DNA of 61,744 nucleotides, the filler included, from Collodictyon triciliatum (Eukaryota), in NCBI GenBank assembly GCA_043381765.1. It is 3 parts of 3 records of this genome, joined end to end, with 100 filler letters (N's around TTAATTAATTAA, not from the genome) between each part and the next. Parts side by side here need not be neighbours in the genome. Positions count along the whole stretch, not along the records: positions 1 to 22,468 come from JBHJMP010001149.1; positions 22,569 to 44,840 come from JBHJMP010001155.1; 1 more part is not named here. One strand, given 5' to 3'. Each line of letters starts with the position of its first letter. Within the stretch, counting starts at the first letter, position 1. A program made the translations under genes and the position numbers. The notes under the pieces were generated by a model. That model did not search any database and was not told where the DNA came from. It was given only the letters and a program-made list of their open reading frames with translations. This document shows positions 1 to 29,100 of the stretch, one piece after another.

Positions 1-43
1 AAAATGAACAAAAAAATGAACAAAAAAATGAACAAAAAAAAAG

Positions 44-129
<86 letters not shown>

Positions 130-250
130 AACAAAAAAAAATGAACAAAAAAAAATGAACAAAAAAAATGAACAAAAAAAATGAACAAAAAAAATGAAAA
201 AAAATGAAAAAATATGAACAAAAAAATGAACAAAAAAAATGAACAAAAAA
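1..250 (+). repeat. A-rich low-complexity repeat (A)nTGAAC plus poly-A at window start, probably intronic
   Basis: Repeated AAAAAAATGAAC units surround an ~85-nt A run. Confidence 0.9.
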
Positions 251-462
251 TAAGGTCAATGTCCGGAAAGATTTGGCATCAGCTGTAAGCTCTGGTATAT
301 TGGCACCAATCAGTCAGCTTAGCCTGTCACCTCTTTCAAAATGTACAGTACCCACTTTTGTCTATATTAGTAAAATATGTATCTGTAAAAGTCTTTGTAA
401 TTTATTTACAGTGATACGTTGATATTAGGTGTGATATATGTGGTTTACACTCCATATCACAG

Positions 463-15442
<14,980 letters not shown>

Positions 15443-15745
15443 ACATCGTTCCTCAAACAGAGGACAACCCATCTCTGAGGGAGGGCTGGAAAATACTTCC
15501 TCCGTGGCAATAAACTGCGTCGAGTGCACGCCGAACCATATTCCCACCATTGGGTAAGGAGCTATACTTTGCACAGTTTCAATTTCGCCTTGCCCCAAGA
15601 CCAGCGTCTGTGCATCTCGAACGACATGCATCCCATCCACATATCTATTTGCGGATCGTTTATCATAGTCATGTCTTCGAATCAAACACTTTCACATCAC
15701 CATTATTATTACAAATATTTACAGTATTTCTGTGTGGAGGCAAAA

Positions 15746-18700
15746 TCAGGTATAGTGTGGAATCTTGGTAGTGCTTGGCTGGGCATGAACATCATTATTT
15801 GACTCACTATATTGATTCTCTTCTCTGTTGCTCCACTGCGTTTCACATAATATGTATCTACCTTACCACCATAGTACAATATCATATGCGTCCCGTGGTG
15901 CTAATAGATGGAAAACCACAAGGCTCATATAAAGTGCAAAAATGAAGAGAGGGAAAAGTATCTTTATAACTTTTCAAGCTCTGCGTGACGACCTGGCTTG
16001 TTTAGTCCGTCCCCAGATTCAAGATATTCATCGGCTCCGAACCTATTCATTTTCGAGGTATTTTTCCGGTGCTGCATTGTGTGATGTTTCAGTAACTCAG
16101 ATTGTAGGTACAGGATTCAGAGCAAATGTTATAAAGTCGCTACAAAACACCAGAAAAGAAAAATGGAATAATGACGACGGGCCATAAATTACATAAACCT
16201 TGTAGAGCGTGATTGCAGCAGCGGAGAGCAACCCTATAAACAGGATACATCCACCAATGCTCAATCCTATTATTAGCCCTAAAACGATCCAAAATTGAAA
16301 AAAAAAACCGCTTTATTTATTTGGAAGGGATTTGGATAAACCCTTCAAATATACAGCAAAAGTGCTCAGTACAGGACAATCAAAGTAGAAAGAAAAATGT
16401 GATAATTTGGATTTGTGTTGTATTTTTTTTTTAATTTCATTACTTTACATTCGAAAATCGGGGAAGTGTTAATCACTCACCAGCATTGTCATCCTTGTCA
16501 GGGCCACTTCCATCTTCTCCATTGTTGTCACCTTTTGAAGGAGTGTGCAAAAAATCAAGCTCGAAGCGTTCTGAGAGGGCTATTTTATCCAATCTCACCT
16601 AAAATGAAGGAATGGTAAAAGGTTTGTTTTGTGGGCCGAATCTTTGGAGAAGTCTTGTATATAGTCAATCCTTGTAAACTTACAATATGTTTGCTTTGCT
16701 CCAAGACTATGGATGAAACAAAGGAGGATGAACTCTGCATCGGTAGTAAGTCCTGTCCGATAAGGCCATAGAATATGATCGACTCGATTGCGTTACTTGC
16801 ACTATAAATGGATTTGTACTTGTTCAAGAGGTTTGGGTATGGCAATAATGATAGAAAGTTGTGAGTAAATTAATAGATTGTTGGTAAGAGAGGGAAAAAA
16901 AAACCCTTGAAAAAAATGTATGCAAAATGGAGAATCGCACACAAATGGAACATGAAATTATAATAATAAGCGAGATTATATGTGTACTTGAATGACCCAA
17001 ATGAATCACTGTAAAGTTTGAAACTTGTCTCTGATGTCCGAAGAAAGGTGAATGTAAAGAGCACTGAATTATCTGCACAATTTCGAAAAGAAAACATAGT
17101 TACGTGCATTGGTAAATAATTGATCAATTAATCGGAAAGCTCTTCGGATAAACCAAATGGCCCAAACCTGATGAAACCTCTAGAGCGAGACCATCATCCA
17201 CATATAGTTCCCCGTCTATATTTAAAAGTTTGAGCTGAATATAATATTGTAATCCAAAGAAAATTAATTTCTACCGTTTGAGCTTATTTTCCATTTTCTT
17301 GACCATCTTTATGAGATGACAAAATCAGGTATTGTTTGAAGAATTGAAATACACGGGATGCATTCGAAATGAATGAACTTACTGAACGTAGATATGTTTT
17401 TGCTAAATGCCACTGCCAGAGAGTAACCTGTTTTTCTTGCCTCCACAGAATTTAGGGCTATGGTACGAGTTTGTATTGAATTCGCCTTCAAGTTAGGGTG
17501 ATTGAAAAAATTACGCCTTTTGAAAGTTACCAAAGTAATCAGGACAATAAGAATGAAATGATAACACCTGAATATTAAGAATGTGCTACCTTCTTTCTGA
17601 AGGGGGATGATAGAAGCCTCTCGAATGTGAACTGTACACGTTTGGATAAATTTATATTCAATAACTCACAATATTATGAGATCTGTGCATACTAAACCGT
17701 CATTCACGATATCGTGCGTCATACATACTTGGTATTTTGGATAGCGGTGCATCCAGTTCAACATTTATCCCTATTGTCCCCTGTTTCCGTAGGATAATAT
17801 TGATATCAAAATTGAATCGGATTCCTACTATCTGGCAGTAACCTTACATGTATGTGATGTTATTTCCACTTACTTTAGATGTCAATGAACCATCATACCA
17901 GTCGTAAAATTCGTGACCGCCTGGGAAATAACCTGTTACACTTCGAGCTCCCTCAGTTACCACAGGAGTGATCTATCGATAAAAAAAAAAAGTATATTAG
18001 TGTAATGCATCCATATAACGATCAATATTGGTTTGAATCCAGACTGCTGCAATCTAAAATATGGTTTTATAAGAATTTTTGATAGAGCAAGGTCAAATAA
18101 TTGAATCAAACCAACAAATTATCGTGCACCATGAATTGTCCATCATTATCCCATGCAGCCTGAAAATGTTTCAGTAATTATTTCAGAAACAGAGTAACAC
18201 ATGAAAGCATTTTTTATTTTAAAAAGGGCGAAATGGACAACAACCTTATCTTGGGCATAGTTGAAGAAAATAGGTCGAATCATCGTTCCTCCATTCAGAT
18301 GAAGTTTATACAGAAGGGTATAAAAATGCGGCAGTAATCGGTAGTGAACTATATTGGATAAAAATGAATAAAATGGAGTTAAAAAAAACATAAATTCCCC
18401 TAGAACTACTGTTCGTATTTCCATTAGTCCGAATTTCTCGAAAGGTAAAAAAAATATATATACTGTTAATCGACTCGCGATTGATATCTGTAGCGGTGCC
18501 AGAAAAAACATATGGCTCCTATAAAATTTTGACATATATCAGTGGATTTTTCTTTTAATAATTTTAATGATGTTTTATTTTTTAAAAAAAAACAATATTA
18601 TTTACTGGAGATAATAAGGGAAACGTGAGTTATGATGATAACTTCTCTTTTTCTTTTAGCATAAAAATACTTGTGACGATGCTCTGATCACATTGTGGTT

Positions 18701-21700
18701 GCGGTAGAACATATAGAATATTCCCAACTGCATCCACCTAATGCACAGCTCCTCGGAAGAATTTCCTTATGGGATATAATCAAATATGGTATATGAGTTG
18801 CAGAAATATATTCCGCTATTATCACTAAGAGAAAATTTCTACTGATGATAAATCTTATCTGTCTTCTTTCCTTTTCTTTTTTCTTTTTTTCTTTTTTCTT
18901 TTTTCTTTTTTCTTTTTTTCTTTTTCTTTTTTCTTTTTTTCTTTTTTTCTTTTTTCTTTTTTCTTTTTTTCTTTTCTTTCTTTTCATTTTTCTTTTCTTT
19001 TCTTTTTTCTTTTCTTTTTTCTTTTCTTTTCTTTTTTCTTTTCTTTTGTCTTTTGTCCTGGCATACCGTTAAAACCACAAACATCTGCACCGACAAACGG
19101 AATCCCGAACATGTTGAACTAATTGTAAGAAAAGGCTAAGAAAAAAAAACTAGGATACTTATTATTATAACATTGGATTGAATCAAGGTGAAAATAATTA
19201 TGTCATCCCAACTGTTGAAGATTAGGCATTTTTCTTTTTACATTGATGATTCCTGCGATGGAGTCTCTCAAGTCGACAAACAAACTAAGGGTCAAGGTCG
19301 TTTTTTTGAAATGTTAACATATATAAAATCTATATTATACATTTTAACTAAATGATTGTACTAGGATAATTTTATTTATGCCTATGTATAAGTCTGTTTA
19401 ATGCGGATATCAACCATTGAAAGGTAAATGTAAGATAATATACCTTTCGTTATCACCTAGCCAGTGTCCAGCATACCTCCCAGTCCCAGGAAAGGAGGCT
19501 CGAGTGATGACTGCTGACCTCTCAAAGAAGAGCTCTTCATATGAAGACTTTGTCATTTTCGATTCAAAATGGCCATACATACTGTGGAGATCGTATTCAA
19601 TTCCGAGATGATATTGAGACTCCATGTCTATTTTCGATACAGCAAAAGATGAGTTTTCTTTTTTAAAATAGTAATAGAAAGATACGGGTATAGTTCGAGG
19701 CAGGGTGGGTTTATGGCAAGAAAAGATGGTGTCCTTGTTTTATTTTAAGGTCATAAAATTTTCGTTGAGAAGTGTTCCTACAGCAGTTTCAATGAAAAAA
19801 TCAAGTAGCATGATTTTAAAGAAAAAAAATCCGTTCATAGGATGGATAGTATTACGCAATGATGATCTATCCAATCGAGCCCCAGAGACTTCACTTCGGC
19901 CGGGTCGAGCGTCGTGTCCACCTGCGATGTATCTTGATAAATATACCATGATATGTGGATACCTGATTATCTTAAAATACGCAGAATCAAGTAAATTTAT
20001 GTAAACGGCGCATGTGATACCCGGGAAGTACTCTGGGACGTCATTATATTTGCTGTAGGGGTACTTATTCTGAGTAGAGCGGAATATACAAGCATAAGTA
20101 CGTGGTATTGTGTCTTATTCATACGTTCTTTTATTTCCAACGTCAATTTCTTGCGTAAATATTCCAATCAAAAGTCTAGTAAACTTCTGCATATAGTTTA
20201 ACTTACAGTACAGTCACAACTGAACAAGTAAGGCTCCAATTCTTCCAGTGTCACATTTACTATACAACGACCATCACAAAAAGATGCGACCTTTACATAT
20301 GATGATTTTAGATATGGGTCCACAATGTCACATATGAATCATCAACAAACTATTACAGATCAGAAATACCTCGTTCATATCAATCCACATCCCTCCATAC
20401 TCGACTTTTTTATGAAACTCTATTCACAGGGCCATGTAATATTCAACTATATGCAAGCTCTTCATATATAAAGGAGGAAAAAGAAGAAGAAAAAGCAAGA
20501 TATACCCTCCAAATAATGCTTCCAAAAATCCTTGGTGTCCGGATTTGTGAAGTCTGGGAAGGCTGTTGCTCGAGGCCAGACCTGCAACAAGAAATAGTTT
20601 ATGTGTTCCAGAATTGTGAAGGAATATTGAGAGATCAACTTATCAGATTTTTCTGCAAAGTATATTGACCTTTCCTAAAGATGGCAAGGAGGAATCGATA
20701 GGGTCTTTCACGTAGATACCACGAGCCAAGCCATCTTCGTATACTTCATATCCTTCCTCGACTTTGATTCCAGGATCAACTAGGTGGGCATTCAACTCGT
20801 CATGGCACGTTGGTGAAAAGTAGTGCGAATTGTAATCGACATGCATATATAACGCGCCCGTTCACGTAGAAGTTTAACATATTGAATACTAACTTATCAG
20901 AAACAATCGCTTTGATTGAGCTTTCAAATCTTGTGAAAAGGAATAGAATTCTGCCTGTGGGTAGTTGATCGGATCCGTTGTAAAGATTTTATATCGGTCC
21001 ATATAATCAATGTCCACCCACATGGAGTCCATGGGAAGCTTTCGTGTTTGTTTTTTGGTTTTTTTGGTTTTGGTTTTGGTTTTGGTTTTTATTTATTTAT
21101 TTATTTATTTATTAGTTATGGTATTACTCGATTGGAAAGGTTGAGTGGATAATTAATAAATTTAGACTTTGTTTGATTAGAAACCTTATATTCATTGAAC
21201 TTGCTCACGACTTCTTTCACCTCGTCCAGATTTTTATATCCGTACCTGCATTGGTGAAACCCTAACGCCCAATAAGGTTGCTAGAACCCCCCAGTATAGT
21301 GTAATAAAATACTTAAAAAGCGACTATACCCTCTTATATGATAGTAGCATTCATATGTATTGAGGAATTCACAGAGGGAAGGCAAATATATGAAAAATTC
21401 AAATAAACTGGTTCCTAACCAAACGCGGATGCCCAATTATGCTATGGTATTGCCGAATCACATCTTCTGAATCAGGTCCCATGAAAATGTAAACATCAAT
21501 TACGCCACCTAAAAACAAACCGTAGATAGGCAAGCCAATAAATATTATAGAGTTTATGTGCTCAGCTGTTTATCTTACTTTAACATGACGCCCCAACATT
21601 TTTCATAGATATTGAAGACATACAATAACTTTGATCCGTATTTACCTATTGTTTTGAAGGTCAGGGTTGGTGATTCTCCGCTAAGCAAGGTGACATCCAT

Positions 21701-22262
21701 AGCGTTGCTATTGAGAAAGAAGACTCCATGCGAGTCAACAGTTTTCTTTTGCAGGTAGAACGGGTGACTTCCATATAAAGGTTTCTGTTATTTTTAATTA
21801 TAATATGTAAGTGCTGCACTTTGCATCGAATAAAGGAAAAATAATATGTAAGCGCTACATTTTTCATATGGATTAGTTAAATCATGGTGATGCCCATAAA
21901 GAATCTAGCGGGTGCCGCATATTCACTCAAGGAGTCAGGGTGAAATGGGAGGTGAGTACCAGCTCGGGTGTGGCTTGGTCTGTGCTGAATAAGGTGTATG
22001 TGCGGTTCGTGTTAAGACGAAGTCTCTCCACTCGCTCACCAAGTCCATATATGAAGGGGTCCTAATTTTGAAAATAGTTGATTATTAAATAAGGGCGTCA
22101 TTTTAATTTTACGCAAAACGTCGATTTCTTTTGTTATATAGCTATTATGTTTCGATTATCATTAAGGCTTAATAAGCTTTACCTGTTCTGTGTACGTGCC
22201 AAACTCGATGTATTGGTCATGAAAAACAAGTGAACTTGACTGGAACAGAACTGTGTTGTTGG
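15746..22262 (-). CDS. GH31 alpha-glucosidase (lysosomal acid alpha-glucosidase/maltase-like) with C-terminal transmembrane helix; 5' partial
   Basis: Spliced motifs: [47 protein letters not shown]...AFPDF, catalytic nucleophile GMWIDMNE (~20370-20395), acid/base HWLGDN (~19450), [28 protein letters not shown] and GELYVDDG. The final two short exons and the stop at 15746 are less certain. Confidence 0.93.
18865..19047. repeat. C(T)n pyrimidine-rich low-complexity repeat, intronic
   Basis: Direct read. Confidence 0.9.
21812..21840 (+). mobile_element. Micro-retroposon copy 3: TGCTGCACTTTGCATCGAATAAAGG + A tail
   Basis: 12-bp direct repeat ATAATATGTAAG at 21800-21811 and 21841-21852; lies in a GH31 intron. 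Confidence 0.8.
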
Positions 22263-22370
22263 CTATACAATCACACCATGAGATTATGAAAATGGTATCC
22301 CAAAATCGAAATAAATTTATGTTTTTTTCATTTTGTTAGACTTTGCTTCGTCTTTTTTGTTTTTTTAAAT

Positions 22371-22371
<1 letters not shown>

Positions 22372-22468
<97 letters not shown>
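22372..22468. repeat. (AAT)n microsatellite at contig end
   Basis: Direct read. Confidence 0.95.
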
Positions 22469-22568
22469 NNNNNNNNNNNNNNNNNNNNNNNNNNNNNNNN
22501 NNNNNNNNNNNNTTAATTAATTAANNNNNNNNNNNNNNNNNNNNNNNNNNNNNNNNNNNNNNNNNNNN
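22469..22568. other. Artificial contig spacer N44-TTAATTAATTAA-N44
   Basis: Exactly 100 bp and identical to 44841-44940; the core places stop codons in all six frames. Confidence 0.95.
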
Positions 22569-22704
22569 GTATAATACAAGGGGAATTGAGCATTTAATGA
22601 GAGAAATGTTTCAAAACAATACATTTTTTCTCCCGAAATTCCAGCCATTGCTCCTTGGATAGCGATTTCTAATCGTCGTGGTTTTCATGGTGATATTATA
22701 TGAG

Positions 22705-22706
<2 letters not shown>
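22569..22706 (-). repeat. Near-identical 138-bp copy of 31071-31208 (EPG5-like gene segment) at contig start
   Basis: Matches 31071-31208 with one visible substitution; both copies are followed by poly-A. Confidence 0.9.
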
Positions 22707-22791
<85 letters not shown>

Positions 22792-23143
22792 AAAAAAAAA
22801 AAACATAAAAAAAAAACATAAAAAAAAAACATAAAAAAAAAGAAGGAAAAACACAAGAAAATTCCCATCGAAATCCTGATTCATAACCCGGGTACATCAA
22901 TTACATCACCTCAGATTAATTTTGAAAAATGAAAAATGATTAAGATAAAGGTTGTTGCGTGGATGAACATCGCAAGTGTCGTGGATGCCACACCACGCGC
23001 GGTGGTTGATGTGATGCCTGCTTCGATAGAAGTTGGTTTCATTCGCATCAGTCCCCAGACTCCAAGAATCAGCACCACCGGACTCACACAGACACAAAAA
23101 GTGATGAAAGATAATACAGGGCGAGTCTGTTGGTGTGATGCGT

Positions 23144-26100
23144 TTATCGCTTTTTTTCGGTTTCTTCGGTGGCCAGGGCAGACAGGTAAGGCAGCCGAGA
23201 ACACAAATCCGAGAGGACGTGTTTCCGAAAGGACGCGAAGGACGTCAAAGGCGAAAGAAGGTAGTCAACGTCCCCAAAATCCTCCGCCCCAAAGACTTGC
23301 ATGCTAATCATGTGATGGCCTTCGGCGGGGCTAAAACGATGAGAAGAAGTGTGTTGTGTGAGGTGCCGAGCGCTGGTTGGAAACACAAAGTCTGCAGGAT
23401 GAGCGTGTGGTTGGTTGAAAAAACAACAACACAAGAGCCTTGTGAAAGCCGCATGTTGTTCAGCGATGACAATTGGAACAGATGGAAGTGGATGAAGAAA
23501 AAAAAAAACTGTGGGTATTCGAAATAGGTGTATGCATTTACTTTCATCAAAGGATTTCGCTTGTTCAGGACTCTTTTAAAAAAGAAAAGAAAAAGGAAAA
23601 GAATCAACCATGAATAAAGTAGAACCTTTTGGTACGGGCAGGTTTCGAATAGCCCTCGATTTTTGCTAGATATTTGGGGTCCTTTGTTTTTTCGTGGAGG
23701 ATTCGATAGAAGTAGCTCAAGCAGAAACTTTTTATATCGTCCACTTGTCGTTGGAACTGGTCAGGAGTTGGGTTGGCCCTGTTGACAAATATTTTCCTCA
23801 TTTTCACAAACTATGATTACGTCTCTATTGCTTTGGAATCATATTCACAGGCAGCATGATTAAAACTCAAACACTGAGCAACAAAACTTTTAAAAGAATA
23901 TCACAAAACAATATTTAAACAAATAATGCATTTAGAAAAAATGAAAGAAGAGTTGTTTCTTTTTTTCTTTCTTTCAAAAAAGCATATACCATCGCGAAAG
24001 TTTCCCGACAATGCCAACACGAGTTCCAGTATTTTCCGTATTACTCAGATAGTTTTCTATCTTTTTTGTCTGTAAAATAAATAATTGTGCGCAATCAACA
24101 TTATTTTCCCATATATTTTTAAGGAGAAAAAAACACAGCAATATAATAGTATATATCAAGGACACCAAAAGACATAGCTCAACACAACCAGCCTGGATAT
24201 TCGTTGGTAGCTTAAGAATACAAGCAATACGAAGAGAAGAATAAAAAGGCATACCATTTCTTGGACATTAGAATTTCCCCACATCCATTTCCTGTCTCGA
24301 GTAATGTTCATAAGCAGCAAAAATATAGGCACAATCTCCAATTCCCTCCCTGCACACGGGGTGAACGTAAAAATCAATTCTTCGATTAAACACCGGACTT
24401 TGTCAAGCCAATCGGGGAAGCCAATCGGGCTTATCACTTGAAGAGTTTTTTCTGCTTGTATGTACAGGGATAGCACAGAGCCACTTTTTTGGCACGTCTA
24501 TGATTTAACAATATACTTTAGATGTGTATATGTATGAAATCGATACGCTCATAAGTCGATAGAGAATTCGAGCGAGTATGAAGGGATTAAATGCACCAGT
24601 CTTGAAGTAAACTATTTACTTGTATGAAACGCTTTCTATTGTGTATATCATTTATATGCGTTGTTGCATCTAAAAGGTCAGGCAAGGCATTTTTTTCTAC
24701 TTGAGCCAAATATGAGCGAATCCCAGAGTCCATGAGGGTAACGGATAAGCTGGGGCTTTCATACACTGGATAAAATCTAAATGAGTGTCTTGTTGCAAAT
24801 TGATGCGAGGTTTTCTAATGCCCCCAAGGACATAAAATACAGTGGAAGTACCCTCTCATTTACTTGGCTCAAAAGTTGCCCATTGCCCGAATATTTAAAA
24901 GGTAAAATAAATAAAGGCAAATTCATATAGTAAAAACAGAACACATACCATGGAAAACTTTGTCAACTAGAGAGAGCGTAGTTGTAATTGGAGAGGATGA
25001 GAACAATATTGACATAGCGCGTTCACATAGCCCTTTGAAATGTTCGTGCTCCTCTTGTTTATCTGGAGAGAACTCTGAAACCCCATTAGGGTAAGGAAAC
25101 GCTGAGGAGTATAAATGTAATAATATCAGCAAAGTTTTAGGCCATCATAAGTTTTGGAATCACGGGATATAATTTTCACATGCACTAATGTAATGATGAT
25201 AGGGAGCGAGAAAAGAGACAGAAAAGAGAAAAAGAGAAAAAGAGACAGAAAAGAGAAAAAAAGAAAAAGAGAAAAAGAGAAAAAGAGAAAAAGAGAAAAA
25301 GAGAAAAAGAGAAAAAGAGAAAAAGAGAAAAAGAGAAAAAGAGAAACCAAGCACCATTGCCCCAGTGGGTGAAACTTTAATATGGACTCGGTAATATCAT
25401 ATGTGAAGTTCAAGAATGATTGCAATAGAACACACATACATGATTGTGATATAGCGGGGTCAATAAATTCTGTTTCGATGATTGTAGGAGACTTTCCATC
25501 AGCGAGAGCAGTGAAAATGATATACATAGCCGGTTGGAAATGTTCCGTGTTTGATGGAATTGATTGAAATATTGGTATCATGGCGTCCACAAACACAGCC
25601 ATTTGACACTGGTAGGAGGGTTTCCAGTACCTATCTGAACAATTTTGTTTCAGTTTTGAGTGAATACAAAGGGCAGGAAAAAAAAAGTAGGATAACCATG
25701 AGAGCGAACCAGAGATATCTACGAGATTATAAATCAAATACAAAGTTCCTACTTAATTTGGTCTCCCGATAAGCCACTGACATTAGCGGTTTTAAAGACC
25801 GTAAGAATGACATTTTTGCTGAGGTGAATCGACTGTTTATTAGAAGAGCTTTGATCCATTTAACATTTTCCAAAATTGCAACACTTGAGTCTGCTCTTAA
25901 TCTCTTGATGCCTGAAAGCGAGTTTGAGTGTTACATAACAAATAATAAAATACCGAAATGCGAATAACAATGTAGTATACTTGATTTACTCTTTTAGACA
26001 TGAAAAAAAATATCATGACAATATTTTGTATTTAACACCATCATATTATAATATCGAATGAAGTATTAATGAATTATTTTTTTAACCTCTCAAAGATTGT

Positions 26101-29100
26101 AAAAAGAAATCTTGGTTTAGTAGTTCACTCAGATTCTTCTCACAATCCTAGAAATAATGGCATTATTGAAATCAGCTTATACATATTATATTCTCAAGTT
26201 ACATTATCTAATACATATAGTCTGTAGAAGGATAAAAAGGTATATAAGAAACGTTAAATTCCACGATTCAATAAAATTATGGTGATGATGTAAGAATTGA
26301 AGGCATTTGATTCTTACAGGATGAATGAGTTTTGAGAGGAAAAATGTAGAAAGCTCCAACACAACTCGCTCAGACTCTTGTTTACCTTAAAATTATTGAG
26401 TTACATCTATACTCTTATTAGATATTCTTAAATCACTCATACCATCTTTTTCCTGGCTTGCTTGAATCCTAGCTTCCAGAATTAATTCCAATAGAGAAAC
26501 ATGTAAACGTGGTTCCGTCTTCTCGCCATTTATTGAATTAGCAGGATGCAAAATTATTAGATAGAGCCATAACATCAAAGTTTGTATCAATTTCATTTAT
26601 CAGCAAAAGATATTTACAATGCCGTCATTGAATCCACTCGTCCAGGGCATGTGGGTAAAGAATGTCAAACAAAAGTTTGGATACACTCGAAGGTATTTTG
26701 TAAATGACTGAATATAGGAATGAGTTTTGCAAATTGAATGTGCATCCTTTAATGGAAAAGACGTTATTCGTGCCTTAATCACATCTACATCTGGTGAGAA
26801 GGAACCATGGTTTAATAATTATTCCAAATGATTTTTCATTCTTCCTTTCAATTTGTGCAAATTTATTTCGAATTATATATTCTCTTCAAAAAATTGAAAT
26901 ATCGAGATTTTTTTATATACGCTACAGCTGGTGATATGTTTGGATAATTAATCATTTGAGAAGATGAAAATCTGAATAAACCCAAACTATCGAATCCTTG
27001 TTTTTGCATACTTCCCAGGAGAAGGTCAAAAGTGACGTCCCACCAGCAGGCCCAAATATCCAACTCCCGTTCAAGCATGCATGATAAAGCATCGTAAACA
27101 CACAAAAGTTCCTCAGTATATACTTTCTCTTTCAAGCTTGCTATGGATTGTATCCAAATTCTCATTGTATTTATGGTATCTACTCTCGTCTTTTCTCGTT
27201 TGATATCAGCCTCCGGGCATTCTATAATCAGGTATTGATATGTTTGACATATGTAATAGTCTTCGTCAATCTAGAAGATTAAAAAGATTTTTTAATTGTA
27301 ATATATGAAACTGTCTTTCATACGCACCTTTCAAAGTAGTCAAGAAAATGATAAAATAGCCTCTGAGCTCTTTCCAAGTTATCTTCTGGATGCTTAAAAC
27401 ACGGTTGCATTCTTGGATGGCAATGTCGTATTTCACCTGAATTAATATAGGCCATCGCGAAGAGCTTACAAAATAGCTTCTCGTAACCATATGTCGACTT
27501 GATAACAATTAGAAGAAAGGTGATCATAAACACAAAATCAATTATATGGAGAAAGTAGCACAAGTGGTTTATAATGTAATACTTTTGACGAAATGGCGGC
27601 TATGCTGTGAACATGTCTCCATGTCAGGGCGGTAGAAGATGAAGAAATGCGAAGAATGTTGAGTAAACACCCAAGATATGCAGAGTTATCCAGAACCTAC
27701 AAGATATGATATTCTTAGTTCAGGACTATTTACTTTCTAAATAAAACATATGATTCATAATTTGATATGGTACAAAAGAAATGGTATAAAAAAGTTATGA
27801 CTTATAAATACATTTTGGAGAGCCTCTAAAGACTTTACGACAAATGGGATGAGATCTGGTATGGTGGCATATTTTGACATAATTTTCATGATAGGGTCCG
27901 AGAAGCCCTGCCAATTTAAAAGTAAATTATATAAAAATAAATAAGTCAATCGTGGAGAGTATGACAAATGTATACGAATAACGAGGAGAATCGTTTCTAA
28001 TATATCGAATGATATATCTATATTATTCATTTACAAGGGGATGAGCACCTAAAGGTTATTTCAAAAGGTACCTTTGTAAAAACGAAGGTCAGATTCTCTA
28101 CGGTAAGAAATGTATCAACAAAGGGCACAATATCTTCCGAAGACAGTTTCATAAGGAAAAGGGGCAGCGATCGAAGAAGAAGCAGGTAGCTATTTTGTTA
28201 AAACATGGTCAATAATTTTGTGTCTCTGATTTTTTAATATGTTTTTTTTTTTTTTATGATTATGCACCACATTTTTTTATACCAGGCCAGGACTAAAGTC
28301 TCTCATCATGTGCAAATTCAAATGGAGAATGAAATAAAAGATATGCTTTCGATGGTATCTTATCACGTTTCAAATTAATTAAAGCAACAGCCACGATAAA
28401 TTCACCTTGACACATAACCATACTCCAAGAGTTTGTGGACAGGAATAGATGTAAATATCCAGCCATTAGTAACATGCCTCTTATTGAGTAAAGGATATAT
28501 GCTGGTAGGCTCTTCGAAAAAAATTGTTGGTCGCTCTGCATCGTCCACTTTATCCAGTAAGTAAAGTACGACACGTGATATGTAAAGCAAAAGAATATCC
28601 TTATTTATATCCAACAAAGCGGGTAGGTTATCACTCAAGATTTTGCATAAATGGGTCTCGATTATTGACCATCCAGCTGGCCGACGATTCATTCTCTGGG
28701 CCAAGCAATATCCTCGAAGAATTTCAAGAGTATCTTCGTCAGATATGCCCTGAAGAGCTTGTATAATAATTGAATAGATTGGAATAAATGGCGCATTATC
28801 ATCGAGAGGCAGTAAACATATGATACATCAACAAATATTCAATAGATACACAGTAATATGGTAGATTAAAGCATTTCATATTACTGTTCTTTTATAAAAA
28901 AAAACCTCTTATTTCTTTTCCAGAAGTGCTGATTCGAATCAAGTGAAGTATACATGCCATAGTTTTTGATATATGATCAGCATCCTTGGTCATGCGAGAT
29001 ATATTCGATCGAGCTAAAAGAATTTCTGGACTATTGCATTTTAAGATGAGTTAATCACACACAGCTTTCCCCCTCTCAAACCAACTCAAAAGCCATTATA

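Noticed and set aside
22513-22524. Palindromic TTAATTAATTAA within N runs (also 44885-44896)
   Set aside because: Artificial concatenation linker, not biological.
22870-23140. Possible 5' end of the GH31 gene just beyond the spacer
   Set aside because: It lies on a different contig across an artificial spacer, and no convincing signal peptide, trefoil or GH31 sequence is present.
24750-24865. Apparent frameshift or in-frame TAG in the EPG5-like gene
   Set aside because: Resolved by a phase-1 acceptor ATCCAG|TG at ~24767; no recoding or alternative genetic code is needed.
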